64,000 nucleotides of DNA from Nostoc sp. (GTDB lineage Bacteria > Cyanobacteriota > Cyanobacteriia > Cyanobacteriales > Nostocaceae), in NCBI GenBank assembly GCA_036918135.1, contig JBALDB010000028.1:205076-269075 (forward strand). Reading direction: 5' to 3'. Below, one piece after another: positions 22,301 through 31,999 of the stretch. Each line of letters opens with the position of its first letter. Position 1 is the first letter of the stretch. Made by a program: the position numbers and the translations under genes. The notes under the pieces are model-generated. The model ran no database searches. It had not been told where the DNA came from and saw nothing but the letters and a program-made list of their open reading frames with translations.

Positions 22301-22602
22301 GAATCAGCCCACCAAACTAACGCCAGGTGCAAAGATAAACCAGCTAAAGGATAACCCTCTAAATTTTGGGGAATCACCAATTTTTGCATTAGCCATAGTA
22401 CTTTTTTTCCGCCTGTCCAAGCAATATGGTCTTTAGCATTCAACTGCACAGTTTGCCAATCTGAAGCTGCAACATCGCTAATGATTTCCTCAGATTCTCT
22501 GTATAACCAGCTAGACTGAAGATTAATTTCAGAAAAAGAGCGCAGTTGCTCAATGGCTTGTGAGATTAAATCGGTCTGAGATTGAGAGATAATTTGGCTC
22601 AT
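19393..22602 (-). CDS. Alpha-mannosidase, glycoside hydrolase family 38
   Basis: GHAHLDLAWLW, WVPDSFG, GVGDHGGGP, ELYLEFHRG and QFHDILPGSS; ATG at 22602. Confidence 0.93.
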   Translation of the reverse strand: MSQIISQSQTDLISQAIEQLRSFSEINLQSSWLYRESEEIISDVAASDWQTVQLNAKDHIAWTGGKKVLWLMQKLVIPQNLEGYPLAGLSLHLALVWWADSAKIYLNGELVLEGDLFDSSPRVLLSRAVTPGEEFIVTVRLVSPGHCDGALVRSLLVYESNDDNNPDPGFVADELAVLQLYLQNFAPDKLDVLVKTVKEVTNRPDAKPELIKSLRQNLIDSEILAPYLKGSWGNLKSKIYLLGHAHLDLAWLWPVSETWNAAQNTFASVLKLQADFPELIFCHSTPALYAWIEEHRPDLFSEIQAQVAAGRWEVVGGMWVEPELNLIAGESIVRQLLYGQRYVQTKFGKLSTVVWVPDSFGFCATLPQFFANAGIEYFVTQKLCWNDTTKFDYGAFWWRSPDGSQVFSLMSARIGEAIDPIKMASYALEWQSQTDLPDSLWLPGVGDHGGGPTRDMLETAQRWQKSPFFPDLKFTTAEKYLQQIKAEVGSQNSQLSSCSPSSPVPFPTWNDELYLEFHRGCYTTHADQKRQNRRCEVLLYEAELFATLANITCEVTYPKAEIEAAWKQLLFQQFHDILPGSSITEVYQDALPQWQQIEAVGTKILQESLLAIASHITLPQPPKPNSLPIFIFNSLNWQRSEVVSITLPTPATATQQWQIYDASGKLLISQLSQPSNLLFLAADIPPVGYRLFWLSPSSVLSPSSPSSPEWVLENEFLRVIVNPDTGDLSSVIDKTCQREILSGAGNQLQAFKDSGQYWDAWNIDPNYTQHPLPSTNLLSIEWVEQGVVENRLRVVRQLGESEFCQDYILQVGSPVLKISSRVNWRENQVLVKATFPLNIEADFATYEIPCSAIRRTTKPQTPAEQAKWEVSALRWADLTGKTNEGLYGISLLNDCKYGYDAKANQLRLTLLRSPNWPDPEADRGLHEFTYALYPHASSWEAAHTVQRGYELNIPLQVILNPVNTQHSTLNTQHSASFLDLSSQNLVLMALKPAEDDPQQLILRCYECHGETAELSLQSDLGMSLGNTVDLLERSPTTTPEFSSEQQILTIQPWKIASFKVIPATNPKLE

Positions 22603-22702
22603 ATTTTCGCTAAAATGAGGGCACACAATCATTAACAGTTTGTGATTTTTATTTGGCGGGAGTCTCACAACTAAACAAGACTCAAACTCAAAAATTACTA
22701 CT

Positions 22703-24361
22703 ATGGCTTCTGGTTCTTCTAGTCATTATCAAAGCAGACTATTTAATTTTGTTCGCCACCAATCTCGGCGGTTGACACATCAGTGGGAACACACCTTCCG
22801 GCATTTGCAAGTTGCTACTAAGTGGGGTGTAGAATTACTACTTTATCCAGTGTATCTACTGTTTCGGTCATCTGAATCCGATTCTAAAACGCTACACAGC
22901 CAAGAAGCACAATCTAGGCTCCAGTTACCATCAAATGATACCGAACAGCCGGAAACTTATTTAAATGTTGATACTCCCATTGAACATGTATTAGAAACAG
23001 TTTATTATCTGTCATCTCCAGAGGCGATGTCTACGGGCTATACCTACGCTACTCCTGAGAAAACCTCTGAATTTTTCAATCCTTTGAGCTTTTTAAGAGT
23101 TTTTTGGCAAAAACCTATCTCGAAGAACTCAACAAATAATACTAATATTATTCATTCCTCAACTATTACAGACAATTTTGCTGCTATCGAATCTTCACAG
23201 CCAGAAAATGCTCTTAAACAGCATCTTGCAGTCATCCAGGGAATCGCAACAAATTTATTGAATCGAAATTTGGTACTTGTCACGACTAAGAATGAAATTC
23301 TCGATATTTTGACACCCGAACAGCAGGCAAAATTAGAAGACCGAATTATTACCGAAGTTAGTGATTACTGGCAGTATTGGCGATTGGCTGAAGCTAGAAA
23401 ACAAAAAGAATTATTACCAAAAATTGACAGTTTATTGGCAAAACTTACTGGAGAGAATCCAGCTAAGATTCCAATCTTATCTGAGGCAATATCAAATAAG
23501 TTACCCCAATCCAATAAATTGCTAACATTTTTAGATGTAACTATTGCCAAATTAGAATCAAATGCTTTAGTACCCGTTCAACAACGTAGCCAAGAAATTG
23601 TCCAAGCTGCCCAAAATCAGTTAAATATATTTCTTTATCGAAAAGAACAGTTATCTGCTAAAGGAGAAATTGCAGTCACGCCTGATGATTTAGAAACTTC
23701 TACACGGAATTTTCAGGCTATAATTGAAGCGGCACTTAATTACTTTTTTGGTGTTGGTACTAGAAAAAAACTTGAGCCAACAACCACTGATGAACAGCCA
23801 GATAAAATATTATCTAGTTACCCGACAAAAGCTTTATCTCAAAGCTGTCAGTTGCAAAACCAAGATTTAACAGACGATCCCTGGTTAACATGGAATGATT
23901 TGTTTGGTAACACCGATACGGTTACTGAAAAGTCAGTTACACCTTCTGAAAACACAACTCCTGCTCTAGCTTCAAGTTTATCAGCAAAACTTTCTTGGCC
24001 AAAGAATTTAACTCTACAACAGCCGAAAGCAAAATCTAGTTTAGTACAAAGGAAAAAAACAAGTCGTCATCTCGCCTCAGTTTCCAAAACATCTGCAAAA
24101 GTCACTGCTATTCAACAAACTCAAGCAGCCATGCAATCTGATAGCGAAACTCATAAAGGAGAAATTTTTCAACAGCAGTTTTCTCAAAGTACTGAAGTTG
24201 AAGCACAGCCAGACTGGATAGAAATCAAAGCAACTGTAACAGGTTATGAGAAGCACCCTTTAGAGAAAATTCTGGAATGGCTTGATTATGTTATGCTTTG
24301 GTTAGAAGAAATATTTGTGAAAATTTTTCAGTCATTACAACGAGTGTGGCAAGCTAAATAA
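22703..24361 (+). CDS. Conserved-type cyanobacterial hypothetical protein
   Basis: 552-aa ORF with YQSRLFNF at the N-terminus and GYEKHPLEKILEWLD at the C-terminus. Confidence 0.75.
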   Translation: MASGSSSHYQSRLFNFVRHQSRRLTHQWEHTFRHLQVATKWGVELLLYPVYLLFRSSESDSKTLHSQEAQSRLQLPSNDTEQPETYLNVDTPIEHVLETVYYLSSPEAMSTGYTYATPEKTSEFFNPLSFLRVFWQKPISKNSTNNTNIIHSSTITDNFAAIESSQPENALKQHLAVIQGIATNLLNRNLVLVTTKNEILDILTPEQQAKLEDRIITEVSDYWQYWRLAEARKQKELLPKIDSLLAKLTGENPAKIPILSEAISNKLPQSNKLLTFLDVTIAKLESNALVPVQQRSQEIVQAAQNQLNIFLYRKEQLSAKGEIAVTPDDLETSTRNFQAIIEAALNYFFGVGTRKKLEPTTTDEQPDKILSSYPTKALSQSCQLQNQDLTDDPWLTWNDLFGNTDTVTEKSVTPSENTTPALASSLSAKLSWPKNLTLQQPKAKSSLVQRKKTSRHLASVSKTSAKVTAIQQTQAAMQSDSETHKGEIFQQQFSQSTEVEAQPDWIEIKATVTGYEKHPLEKILEWLDYVMLWLEEIFVKIFQSLQRVWQAK

Positions 24362-24530
24362 TGAATCGTGATTCATAATTAATAAATTCAGATTTAATCA
24401 GGGTTTCAGGTTGAAATTTGTAGCTCTATTTTGAATTGTTGGTATAAACTGGTAGACATTAAACTTTCAAAAAATCGATAATTGAGGTTTTAAATTTTGA
24501 ATTGTTTAGTGTTATTGGTGGCTTACTGAA

Positions 24531-24827
24531 GTGAAAATTATTGTTTACTGTAAATATTTCAATTTCAAAAATCCACTAGATAAACCAAAAATTGAAACGT
24601 TTGTAGTGGATGTATCTCAAATTCCTCAAGTGGGTGAAACAATTGTAATTGAGAGAATTTCACCCCAAAAGCAGTTTGTAATTATTTTTGAGTACGTAGT
24701 TACAGCAGTTCAGTTTAATGCTTCTAGAAAATCGGCTGATTCAGCAGATGCTCAAGTGAGCGCATTTTTAAACCACTGTTGGGAAGGAACATCAAATTTC
24801 CAAATTACAAACTTTTTAGAAAAATAA
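24531..24827 (+). CDS. Hypothetical protein
   Basis: 98-aa ORF with GTG start and an IPQVGE motif. Confidence 0.5.
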   Translation: MKIIVYCKYFNFKNPLDKPKIETFVVDVSQIPQVGETIVIERISPQKQFVIIFEYVVTAVQFNASRKSADSADAQVSAFLNHCWEGTSNFQITNFLEK

Positions 24828-24831
24828 TTGG

Positions 24832-25887
24832 TCAGCACAACATGTGATTGAGGAAATGATGTAACAGTTTCAAGCCTGTTGGTTCCTGATAATTAGTTGG
24901 TAACAGAGCAAGCATTGCTTTTTGTAGAGTTTCCAAAGCTACATCTACTTCTTGTCGCTTTGGTCTAGTTGTTGAGGCAAAGTGTAACGGTTCACCCACT
25001 TTTATAGTTAACTTTTTTCCTAAAAATAGGTCATGAGTTCCAATTACTGCAACTGGAATAATCGGTACGCTAGCACGCAAGGCATAAATTATCGTCCCAC
25101 GCTTCAACGGCAGATGCAACTGAGCCTCAGCAGTTCCCAATCGTCCTTCAGGAAAGATAATCATCCCATCGCCACGAGCCAAAATTGCAAGAATAATCCG
25201 CTCTATCTGGCGCAATGTCTGTATATCTTGCCCTGTGGCTACTATCTGTTCAATTGCTGCGGCTAGCTCAACTAAATCTTCCCTTCCGGCTTTAGCGGCT
25301 TTGATAACAGCAACTTCTTCTTTCCATACCCGTTTTAAAGGAATTACACCTCCTGTAAAACCAAGAATGAAGCGCTTCCACCACTTGTTATAAAGAGTAC
25401 GAGCGTCGCCCAAGATATAGTAACACGGTTGGGTGGGAAGTTCGGCTAACAAAAGTAATGGATCGAGATGGTGGAGATGGTTGGCTGCTAAGATTGCTGG
25501 TTGCTGAGGTATCCTTTCGAGGTGTTCAACCCGGACTCGAAAAAGAGTATGAATAAGCGATCGCATGACAAACCGACGCAGCCAAGAATTAACTCTCGGT
25601 TGAGAATCCTGTTGATTAATGGCTTGAAGACGATTGAGAGTTTCCTCAACAATCCGGCGAACAGCGCGATCGCCAGCTGCGGCTACACCCTCTTTTACTC
25701 GCTGGATGCTAGCATCAGTCAGTAATGGAATTTCTAATTGTCTACTATCTTCCTGCTGATGACTCGATTTTAAGTCAGGTATTTTTTCACTGGTATGAAC
25801 TTGGGAAGTTACCCCATCAGCTAGGTCTTCCCGAACACAGTCGTCAGAAGAACTTTCGGATTGCAACCTCTTTGAATTCATAAGCAA
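24832..25887 (-). CDS. PlsC-like lysophospholipid acyltransferase
   Basis: NHLHHLD (HX4D), FPEG and VPIIPV. Confidence 0.88.
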   Translation of the reverse strand: MLMNSKRLQSESSSDDCVREDLADGVTSQVHTSEKIPDLKSSHQQEDSRQLEIPLLTDASIQRVKEGVAAAGDRAVRRIVEETLNRLQAINQQDSQPRVNSWLRRFVMRSLIHTLFRVRVEHLERIPQQPAILAANHLHHLDPLLLLAELPTQPCYYILGDARTLYNKWWKRFILGFTGGVIPLKRVWKEEVAVIKAAKAGREDLVELAAAIEQIVATGQDIQTLRQIERIILAILARGDGMIIFPEGRLGTAEAQLHLPLKRGTIIYALRASVPIIPVAVIGTHDLFLGKKLTIKVGEPLHFASTTRPKRQEVDVALETLQKAMLALLPTNYQEPTGLKLLHHFLNHMLC

Positions 25888-26354
25888 ATCATAGTTCTTG
25901 TTCGCCTAGTATAAAACAACCCGCAGTTATAAGCTGGGGATTGGGAGTGTTGACTGTTGAGTAAGTCCTGTATAATTCTCTCCAGTCTGCAATTCCCAGT
26001 AGCCAGTTTCTAATACAGCAGTTTTCATTCACATGAAGTACAAAGTTACAGGTTTTGAGGCAGGAGGAACCCACGTTTTAAAACCTGGGACTAAGTAAGT
26101 GGACACTTTGCATCTCAAGGACTTTCCGCTCGTACCAGTATCCTCTTTTAAACTGAGTTTTATACTTAGAACTAAAATTTTACTTAATACTTCTTTCCTC
26201 CTGCCTCCTGCCCTCTGCCGACGCTCGCGGACTCGCTAACGCTGCGCTATCCTGCCTCCTTTAGTAATTATTCCCAAGATTGGAAGCGATTTTCTTTACA
26301 ATGTACCTTAATAAGCTAGTAAGAAAATGGTAAAAGGCGTAACAAATTAATCTG

Positions 26355-27251
26355 ATGCACCATCAAGAAGGTACATTTACAGGTGTTGGCAAGCTCGAAC
26401 TGTATTACCAAAGCTGGTATCCAGAGGGTAAAGTGAGGGGAATATTAGCGATCGTACATGGATTGGGAGCGCATAGCGATCGCTACGATAACGTAATTCA
26501 ACATTTAATACCCAAGCAATACGCTGTCTACGGTTTTGATTTGCGCGGTCATGGACGTTCGCCAGGTCAGCAAGGCTACATTAATCGTTGGAGTGAGTTT
26601 CGTGAAGATTTACGAGTCTTTTTAGAATTAATCAAAACCCAACAGCCACAAACCCCAATTTTTCTTTTAGGTCATAGCTTAGGCTCAGTGATTGTCTTAG
26701 ATTATGCTCTGCGCTGTCCCCAAGAAGCATCTAGATTACAAGGTGTAATTACCTTAGCACCAGCTTTAGGAAAGGTTGGAGTGTCAAAAACCCGGTTACT
26801 CATAGGAAAATTGCTCTCACGAATTTGGCCGCGTTTCACTTTGAATACCGGACTCGATCTGTCTGCTGGTTCGCGAGATGAAAAAATTTTAGCCGCTTAT
26901 GCCCAAGATTCTTTGCGCCATACTAGAGGCAGTGCCCGTCTAGCTACAGAATTCTTTGGTACCGTTGATTGGGTTAATGCCCATGCTGCTGACTGGCAAT
27001 TACCATTGTTGATTCTCCACGGTGGAGCAGACCGAGTAACTCTACCTGAGGGAGGGAAAATTTTTTGTCAGCAGGTGAGTTGCTCAGATAAACTCAGAAT
27101 CGAGTATCCAGGTGCTTATCACGAGCTGCAAAGCGACCTGAATTATCAAGAGGTAATGACTGATTTAGAAAATTGGTTGGAGCGACACTTACCAATTGAG
27201 AGAGCGCAACTCGGAACAGAAAGCGCTAATTTGGAGTTTCCTAGTTCTTAG
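26355..27251 (+). CDS. Alpha/beta hydrolase (lysophospholipase / monoacylglycerol lipase type)
   Basis: VHGLGAHS, DLRGHGRS, GHSLG, HGGAD and YHE. Confidence 0.9.
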   Translation: MHHQEGTFTGVGKLELYYQSWYPEGKVRGILAIVHGLGAHSDRYDNVIQHLIPKQYAVYGFDLRGHGRSPGQQGYINRWSEFREDLRVFLELIKTQQPQTPIFLLGHSLGSVIVLDYALRCPQEASRLQGVITLAPALGKVGVSKTRLLIGKLLSRIWPRFTLNTGLDLSAGSRDEKILAAYAQDSLRHTRGSARLATEFFGTVDWVNAHAADWQLPLLILHGGADRVTLPEGGKIFCQQVSCSDKLRIEYPGAYHELQSDLNYQEVMTDLENWLERHLPIERAQLGTESANLEFPSS

Positions 27252-27426
27252 GTTTGAGTACACAAGGTTTGATTACTATATCGTCAACCAATGGCGGATT
27301 ATCTATATCTTAGATAAATACTTCAGCATTTTTTCTAAGATGAGCAATTACAACTCAACAAAAGTGTAAAAATTTTCAAGGCTTAAGATGTTTTTATAGC
27401 AAATACGGTAAAGTTTGAGTCGGTAT

Positions 27427-28572
27427 TTACAAATCAAGCTTAAGTTGTATTGGGTCTTTCTGCTCAGGCTGCGGTTTTGTATCAGAATTAAAATTACTTA
27501 CTTTGGAGTCATCGCTTGCAGGTATATCTGTATTTTGAGTCAAGCCTATATGTGGTTTAGCATCTTCAATTAAGTCTACAGGTGCCTTGGCATCTTTGGT
27601 CAAGATATAGTAAGCACCACGTCCTCCAATCCCCATTTGGTGTAGCAGTCCTCGATGGGTAAGTTTACTCAGTAAGTAGGTCGCTTGACGAACATTGATG
27701 CGGCATAAATCAGCTGTTTGTGTTCGTGTAATACGTTCATGCTTACTTATGTATTGCACAATCATCTGTTCCATCTGTAGTTCTTCAAAACCACGACGGC
27801 GAACGTATGCTGCTGGACGACCCATTTGGCGATAAACTGAGGCACTAAGATGGTACTCTCGTTGCCGTGCAGTCTTGATTCGCTCTACCAAACCATTCTC
27901 CATCAATTCTTCAAGGACGCGGCGAGCATTGGACTCTCCTTTTTGAGTCAGACGCCCTGCTTCAACGATATTTATTTCTCCTTCTTGCCTAAGATAATTG
28001 AGGAGTATTAGTTCATCCAAGGTAAGCAGCCGTTTTAGTCGCCTCTCCTCAGCTAAAATAATTTTTACAAAATCTAAATCAGCTTTTCCACCAGGTAGCC
28101 GAACGATGACATTTGAATTGGTAGTAGCGGAATAATCTGGCAGTGGATGTCCAGTGCGTAATTGACCAGAATATATAAGTCCTTGAGGTTTTCCACGCGT
28201 ATCTAATCGACGTATCAGCGTTCGACCACTGCTTGTTGATACTAATTGCAGTGCAGTGGGTACGTTTATTACAGCCACGCGTCCTTCAGGCAAATCAATC
28301 ATTGCCGTTTCTACGGACAGAGATGGTGTTGTTTTACTTGCTATCAAAGCAGACAACAAACCTGGAGAAGATTCTGCAAGCTTTTGATTTAAGCCTGTTA
28401 TACAGCCATCATCCTCCACACCAATAACTAGTTTGCCACCATGCTTGTTAGCAAGGCATACTACAGCATCTACCAATTCATTCTCAGGTAGTGGTTTGCG
28501 ATCGCTCTTAAACTCTACAGTAAGAGTTTCGCCATCACCTATGAGTTTTATGAGTATTTCTGGAGTTATCAT
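27427..28572 (-). CDS. AlbA_2/Schlafen-domain protein with C-terminal winged-HTH regions, probably internally deleted
   Basis: GETLTVEFKSD, CLANKHGG and IGVEDDG (AlbA_2); C-terminal HTH-like segments. Confidence 0.75.
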   Translation of the reverse strand: MITPEILIKLIGDGETLTVEFKSDRKPLPENELVDAVVCLANKHGGKLVIGVEDDGCITGLNQKLAESSPGLLSALIASKTTPSLSVETAMIDLPEGRVAVINVPTALQLVSTSSGRTLIRRLDTRGKPQGLIYSGQLRTGHPLPDYSATTNSNVIVRLPGGKADLDFVKIILAEERRLKRLLTLDELILLNYLRQEGEINIVEAGRLTQKGESNARRVLEELMENGLVERIKTARQREYHLSASVYRQMGRPAAYVRRRGFEELQMEQMIVQYISKHERITRTQTADLCRINVRQATYLLSKLTHRGLLHQMGIGGRGAYYILTKDAKAPVDLIEDAKPHIGLTQNTDIPASDDSKVSNFNSDTKPQPEQKDPIQLKLDL

Positions 28573-28612
28573 GGCTATAGTATCCTAGCGATCGCATATT
28601 GAAAAATAACAA

Positions 28613-29056
28613 CTACAGTGTTGTTGGATCAACCGCTACAATTCCTTCAGACGCATAACGAACAAAATCTTTAGTATTGAATGTCAAAATATGCGTCACA
28701 CTATTTGCCTTCATATTAGCAACGAGACGAGCATCATGCACTTGAACACCTGACACATTAAATGCGACAACAAGCTTACGCCACTCAGGGTAAATAGTAG
28801 GCATATCAGGTAACAATCGAAAGAGGCGCTCAATTAGTCGCAGTAGCCGATCTGCATCTATTGGTGTCAAACCAAATCCGTTTTTTGTGACTGGTCTTGT
28901 AGCAACATTCCAAAACTCAACGCAGTTTTGTGTCGTGATTTGCAGTGTATGTCCAGCGCGTCGCAATTTTCTGATTGCAGTTCGTGTTATTAAGTGTAGT
29001 GGGTGAGTGCGATCGACAAAACGCAGTAAAATATTAGTATCTATCAGGTACACCAC
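28613..29056 (-). CDS. vapC: VapC-type PIN domain toxin
   Basis: YLIDTNIL, EFWNVATRP, HDARLVA and TFNTKDF. Confidence 0.9.
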   Translation of the reverse strand: MVYLIDTNILLRFVDRTHPLHLITRTAIRKLRRAGHTLQITTQNCVEFWNVATRPVTKNGFGLTPIDADRLLRLIERLFRLLPDMPTIYPEWRKLVVAFNVSGVQVHDARLVANMKANSVTHILTFNTKDFVRYASEGIVAVDPTTL

Positions 29057-29058
29057 TG

Positions 29059-29373
29059 CTAAAGTTGATCCTCATAAATACTCTCACGAGTCACAGCATA
29101 ATCTGATAACACAGGTAAATTTGAGCCGACGTTTGCAGCAAACTCGTCAGCTAATTTATCTGCAACTACTTCAAACTCTTCATCGTTAAGTTGACTTTGT
29201 GTGTGAAGCTTCGCCATCAACTGAGCGTGTTTTCGTTCTTGACCTTTTTGCTGTTGGTCTTCAAGGATTAGTTTTTGAAGATATTCACTGGCTGAACCAT
29301 AACCGCCTTCAACAATTTGTTCCTCGATAAAAGCTTTCATCGACTCAGGTAAGGAAATCTTAAAGTTGGTCAT
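29059..29373 (-). CDS. Antitoxin with a ParD-like RHH N-terminus
   Basis: ISLPESMKAFIEEQIVEGGYGSASEYL; ends 2 bp upstream of the PIN gene start. Confidence 0.8.
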   Translation of the reverse strand: MTNFKISLPESMKAFIEEQIVEGGYGSASEYLQKLILEDQQQKGQERKHAQLMAKLHTQSQLNDEEFEVVADKLADEFAANVGSNLPVLSDYAVTRESIYEDQL

Positions 29374-29419
29374 ATTTTGAGAGTTTGGGTGAACCAATTT
29401 TATTTACTATGTTACCAAG

Positions 29420-29448
29420 GCGATGTCTACGACGGGCTACGCCTACGC
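29420..29448. repeat. HIP1 site interrupted by a 21-nt insert (SDR5-like small dispersed repeat)
   Basis: GCGAT-gtctacgacgggctacgccta-CGC; related elements at 23024, 42221, 43090 and 43486. Confidence 0.75.
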
Positions 29449-29474
29449 ATTTAGATTTGATGTAAACAGTAGAG

Positions 29475-29804
29475 TCAGTTATTTACATTATCTGAAAAAT
29501 ATGTCGCTGAGGATTGAGAGTTTTTCACAGCTAAGATAGGTTCTCCCTTTACTCCTCCACGGGTAAGAGTACAAATTTTATAAAGGTTTTCACACTCAAA
29601 GATTGCCAGAACTAGCTCTTTTCCTGTTTGGTAAGACGATGGTAAACGTTTACCTACCTCACATTTCATCTCAGTTTCATTGTCACACCACTGTAATTTC
29701 CAAATCCGCTTTTGAGTTATTGGTGCTTGGACAGACTGAGCCAGAGCATTATACACCTGTTCCGCTTTTACATCATCCTTGGCTGCGGGGACAAAAAACT
29801 TCAT
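29475..29804 (-). CDS. Hypothetical protein
   Basis: 109-aa ORF, MKFFVPAA...ICTLTRGG. Confidence 0.7.
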   Translation of the reverse strand: MKFFVPAAKDDVKAEQVYNALAQSVQAPITQKRIWKLQWCDNETEMKCEVGKRLPSSYQTGKELVLAIFECENLYKICTLTRGGVKGEPILAVKNSQSSATYFSDNVNN

Positions 29805-29833
29805 AAGCTTTGGTTATAAGTAACATATTGTAT

Positions 29834-29962
29834 TAAGTAAATCGGCCTAGATAATTATTTATCGTTGGAATAAGGCAATAGACACTCTTACAATAGGAAT
29901 AAAGGTTTTAGTCTAGTTTGTTTTTCTTAACATAGTTTGATTTTCTTGTGCCAACTTACTTA
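29834..29962. mobile_element. MITE-like element with imperfect TAAGTA..GGC / GCC..TACTTA ends
   Basis: 13-bp inverted ends with 2 mismatches; a related right half occurs at ~34965-35031. Confidence 0.5.
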
Positions 29963-29996
29963 GCACCAGCGTAACGCACTATTGATTCTAGCTTCT

Positions 29997-30136
29997 AAAT
30001 CAGGTTTTGAAGTTGTAAATCAAGTTTTGGAGTTCTAAATCAAGTTTTGGAGTTCTAAATCAAGTTTTGGAGTTGTAAATCAGGTTTTGGAGTTGTAAAT
30101 CAGGTTTTGGAGTTGTAAATCAGGTTTTGGAGTTGT
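29997..30136. repeat. 20-bp tandem repeat, ~7 copies (AAATCARGTTTTGGAGTTST)
   Basis: Direct reading; period of 20 bp with no spacers. Confidence 0.95.
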
Positions 30137-30404
30137 AATATCAATTCTCTTAAAATATTGCAACAAATCAATCTCTGCGTCTTTGTGTCCCCGCGTCATC
30201 ATCTTTAGCCGTCTTTTGGAGAACTGGTATAAACCTGTGATTCTCAACAAATTTCAGCAAATCCACCTAAATTTATTCTATCCACTAACTCCAATATTCA
30301 AAAAGTTATGTAGTTTCTCTACAGTTGGTGCATCCATTAATACTATTTCTTTGTCAGGCTGCACTAATTTTTTGATTTTCCTTATTTTTAAACAATTTTT
30401 TAGT

Positions 30405-31799
30405 TTATTTTCCTATACAAAATTTGCTGAATATTCTATCTAAAACTGATTCTGTAACTTCTTCTCCAGTAATTTCTCCTAGCGCTTGAATTGCACCTCG
30501 TAAATCAATTGTCCAAAAATCAAGAGGTAACTGCTGCTCAATAGTTGCTTGTACTTGTTCCAAAGAAATTTTAGCTTGAGTTAAAGCTGCTGCTTGCCTT
30601 TGATTAATGGCTAAATCCATATCAGCAGCTTGGACTTTTCCAGTTTGAATTATTTCTAAAATCGCTGTTTCTAAAGCATCAATTCCTTGATTTTGTGACG
30701 CCGAGGTGAGAATTTTAAATTTCACATCTGGGATTTGGGATTGAAGAGTTTTTCTTTGGTTTTCTTCTACTAAGTCGATTTTATTAATTACTAAAATTAA
30801 AGGACGGTGCTGCACTTGTTCGTAAATTTCTTCATCGCCTTGAGTCCACCCAGCCGAAGCGTCAATAGTAAGCAAAACTAAATCAGCTGCATTTGCCGCA
30901 CGGCGCGATCGCTCGACGCCAATTTTTTCTACTTGGTCTGTTGTTTCCCGAATCCCCGCAGTATCTAGCACTTGCACGGGAATTCCGCCCACAACTAACT
31001 GGGATTCCACCACATCGCGGGTTGTACCGGGTAAGTCTGTGACGATCGCGCGATCGCTCCGGCTCCAAGCGTTCAATAAACTCGATTTACCCACATTCGG
31101 ACGCCCAACAATTGCCACTTTTAAACCAGTGCGTAACAACTCACCTTTGTCTTTGGTTGCCAACAACTGAGAAATTTCTGCGGCAATTTTCTCAATTTCT
31201 GATACGATCCCCTTATCATCCAGCGGAGTCAAGTCTTCTTCAAAATCGATTCGAGCTTCGATTTCTGCCAAAATATCCAAACAGTTAGCGCGTAACTGGC
31301 GGATCGGATGAGCTAATTTTCCCTGCAAACCAGCTAAAGCAGTTTGGGCAGCTTGGGGGGATTTAGCTCCCACCAAATCGGCAATCCCTTCGGCTTGAGT
31401 TAAATCCAACCGCCCATTCAAAAAGGCACGGAGAGTAAATTCTCCGGGTTGAGCTAATCTTGCACCGCTTTCCAAACACAGTTGCAATACTTGCTGCACT
31501 GCCATAATTCCCCCGTGGCAATGGAATTCCACCACATCTTCACGGGTGTAAGAACGAGGTGCTTTCATAATTAACAACAAAGCTTCATCTATAAGTTGTT
31601 GCGTCTGGGGATGGCGAATATAACCGTAGAGAATCCGGTGAGTTTGCCAAACTTGTCGCCCTGGCGTGTGAAACAAAGTTTGGGCAATAGACATCGCTTG
31701 GTCACCGGACACCCGCACAATGCCAACACTACCTTGTTGGGGGACAACAGCAGTGGCGATCGCGGCTATAGTTCCGCTAGTGGCAAAGAATTCGGACAT
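30405..31799 (-). CDS. mnmE: tRNA modification GTPase MnmE/TrmE
   Basis: [36 protein letters not shown] and C-terminal FCIGK. Confidence 0.98.
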   Translation of the reverse strand: MSEFFATSGTIAAIATAVVPQQGSVGIVRVSGDQAMSIAQTLFHTPGRQVWQTHRILYGYIRHPQTQQLIDEALLLIMKAPRSYTREDVVEFHCHGGIMAVQQVLQLCLESGARLAQPGEFTLRAFLNGRLDLTQAEGIADLVGAKSPQAAQTALAGLQGKLAHPIRQLRANCLDILAEIEARIDFEEDLTPLDDKGIVSEIEKIAAEISQLLATKDKGELLRTGLKVAIVGRPNVGKSSLLNAWSRSDRAIVTDLPGTTRDVVESQLVVGGIPVQVLDTAGIRETTDQVEKIGVERSRRAANAADLVLLTIDASAGWTQGDEEIYEQVQHRPLILVINKIDLVEENQRKTLQSQIPDVKFKILTSASQNQGIDALETAILEIIQTGKVQAADMDLAINQRQAAALTQAKISLEQVQATIEQQLPLDFWTIDLRGAIQALGEITGEEVTESVLDRIFSKFCIGK

Positions 31800-31999
31800 A
31801 AGCGCTTTTTATCAGGGTGGAAAGTTAGGAGTGAGGAGTAAAAATCATAACTCATAACTGCTAACTTTCTAAATAGTAAGTATTTAGACCCTTGGCATGG
31901 CAACGGGCAAGGTAAAATTTATCTAGAAGCTAATGTTTGAGAGTTAAAAAGTTAGGAGTTGAAATTATAACTCATAACTTTTAAAGAGAGGAATTCACT

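Noticed and set aside
29997..30136. CRISPR array or plasmid iterons
   Set aside because: No spacers and no rep gene; the flanking genes are chromosomal.
30183..30443. 86-aa ORF downstream of mnmE, and other short antisense or shadow ORFs in the track
   Set aside because: They have no motifs and overlap confident genes on the opposite strand or in another frame.
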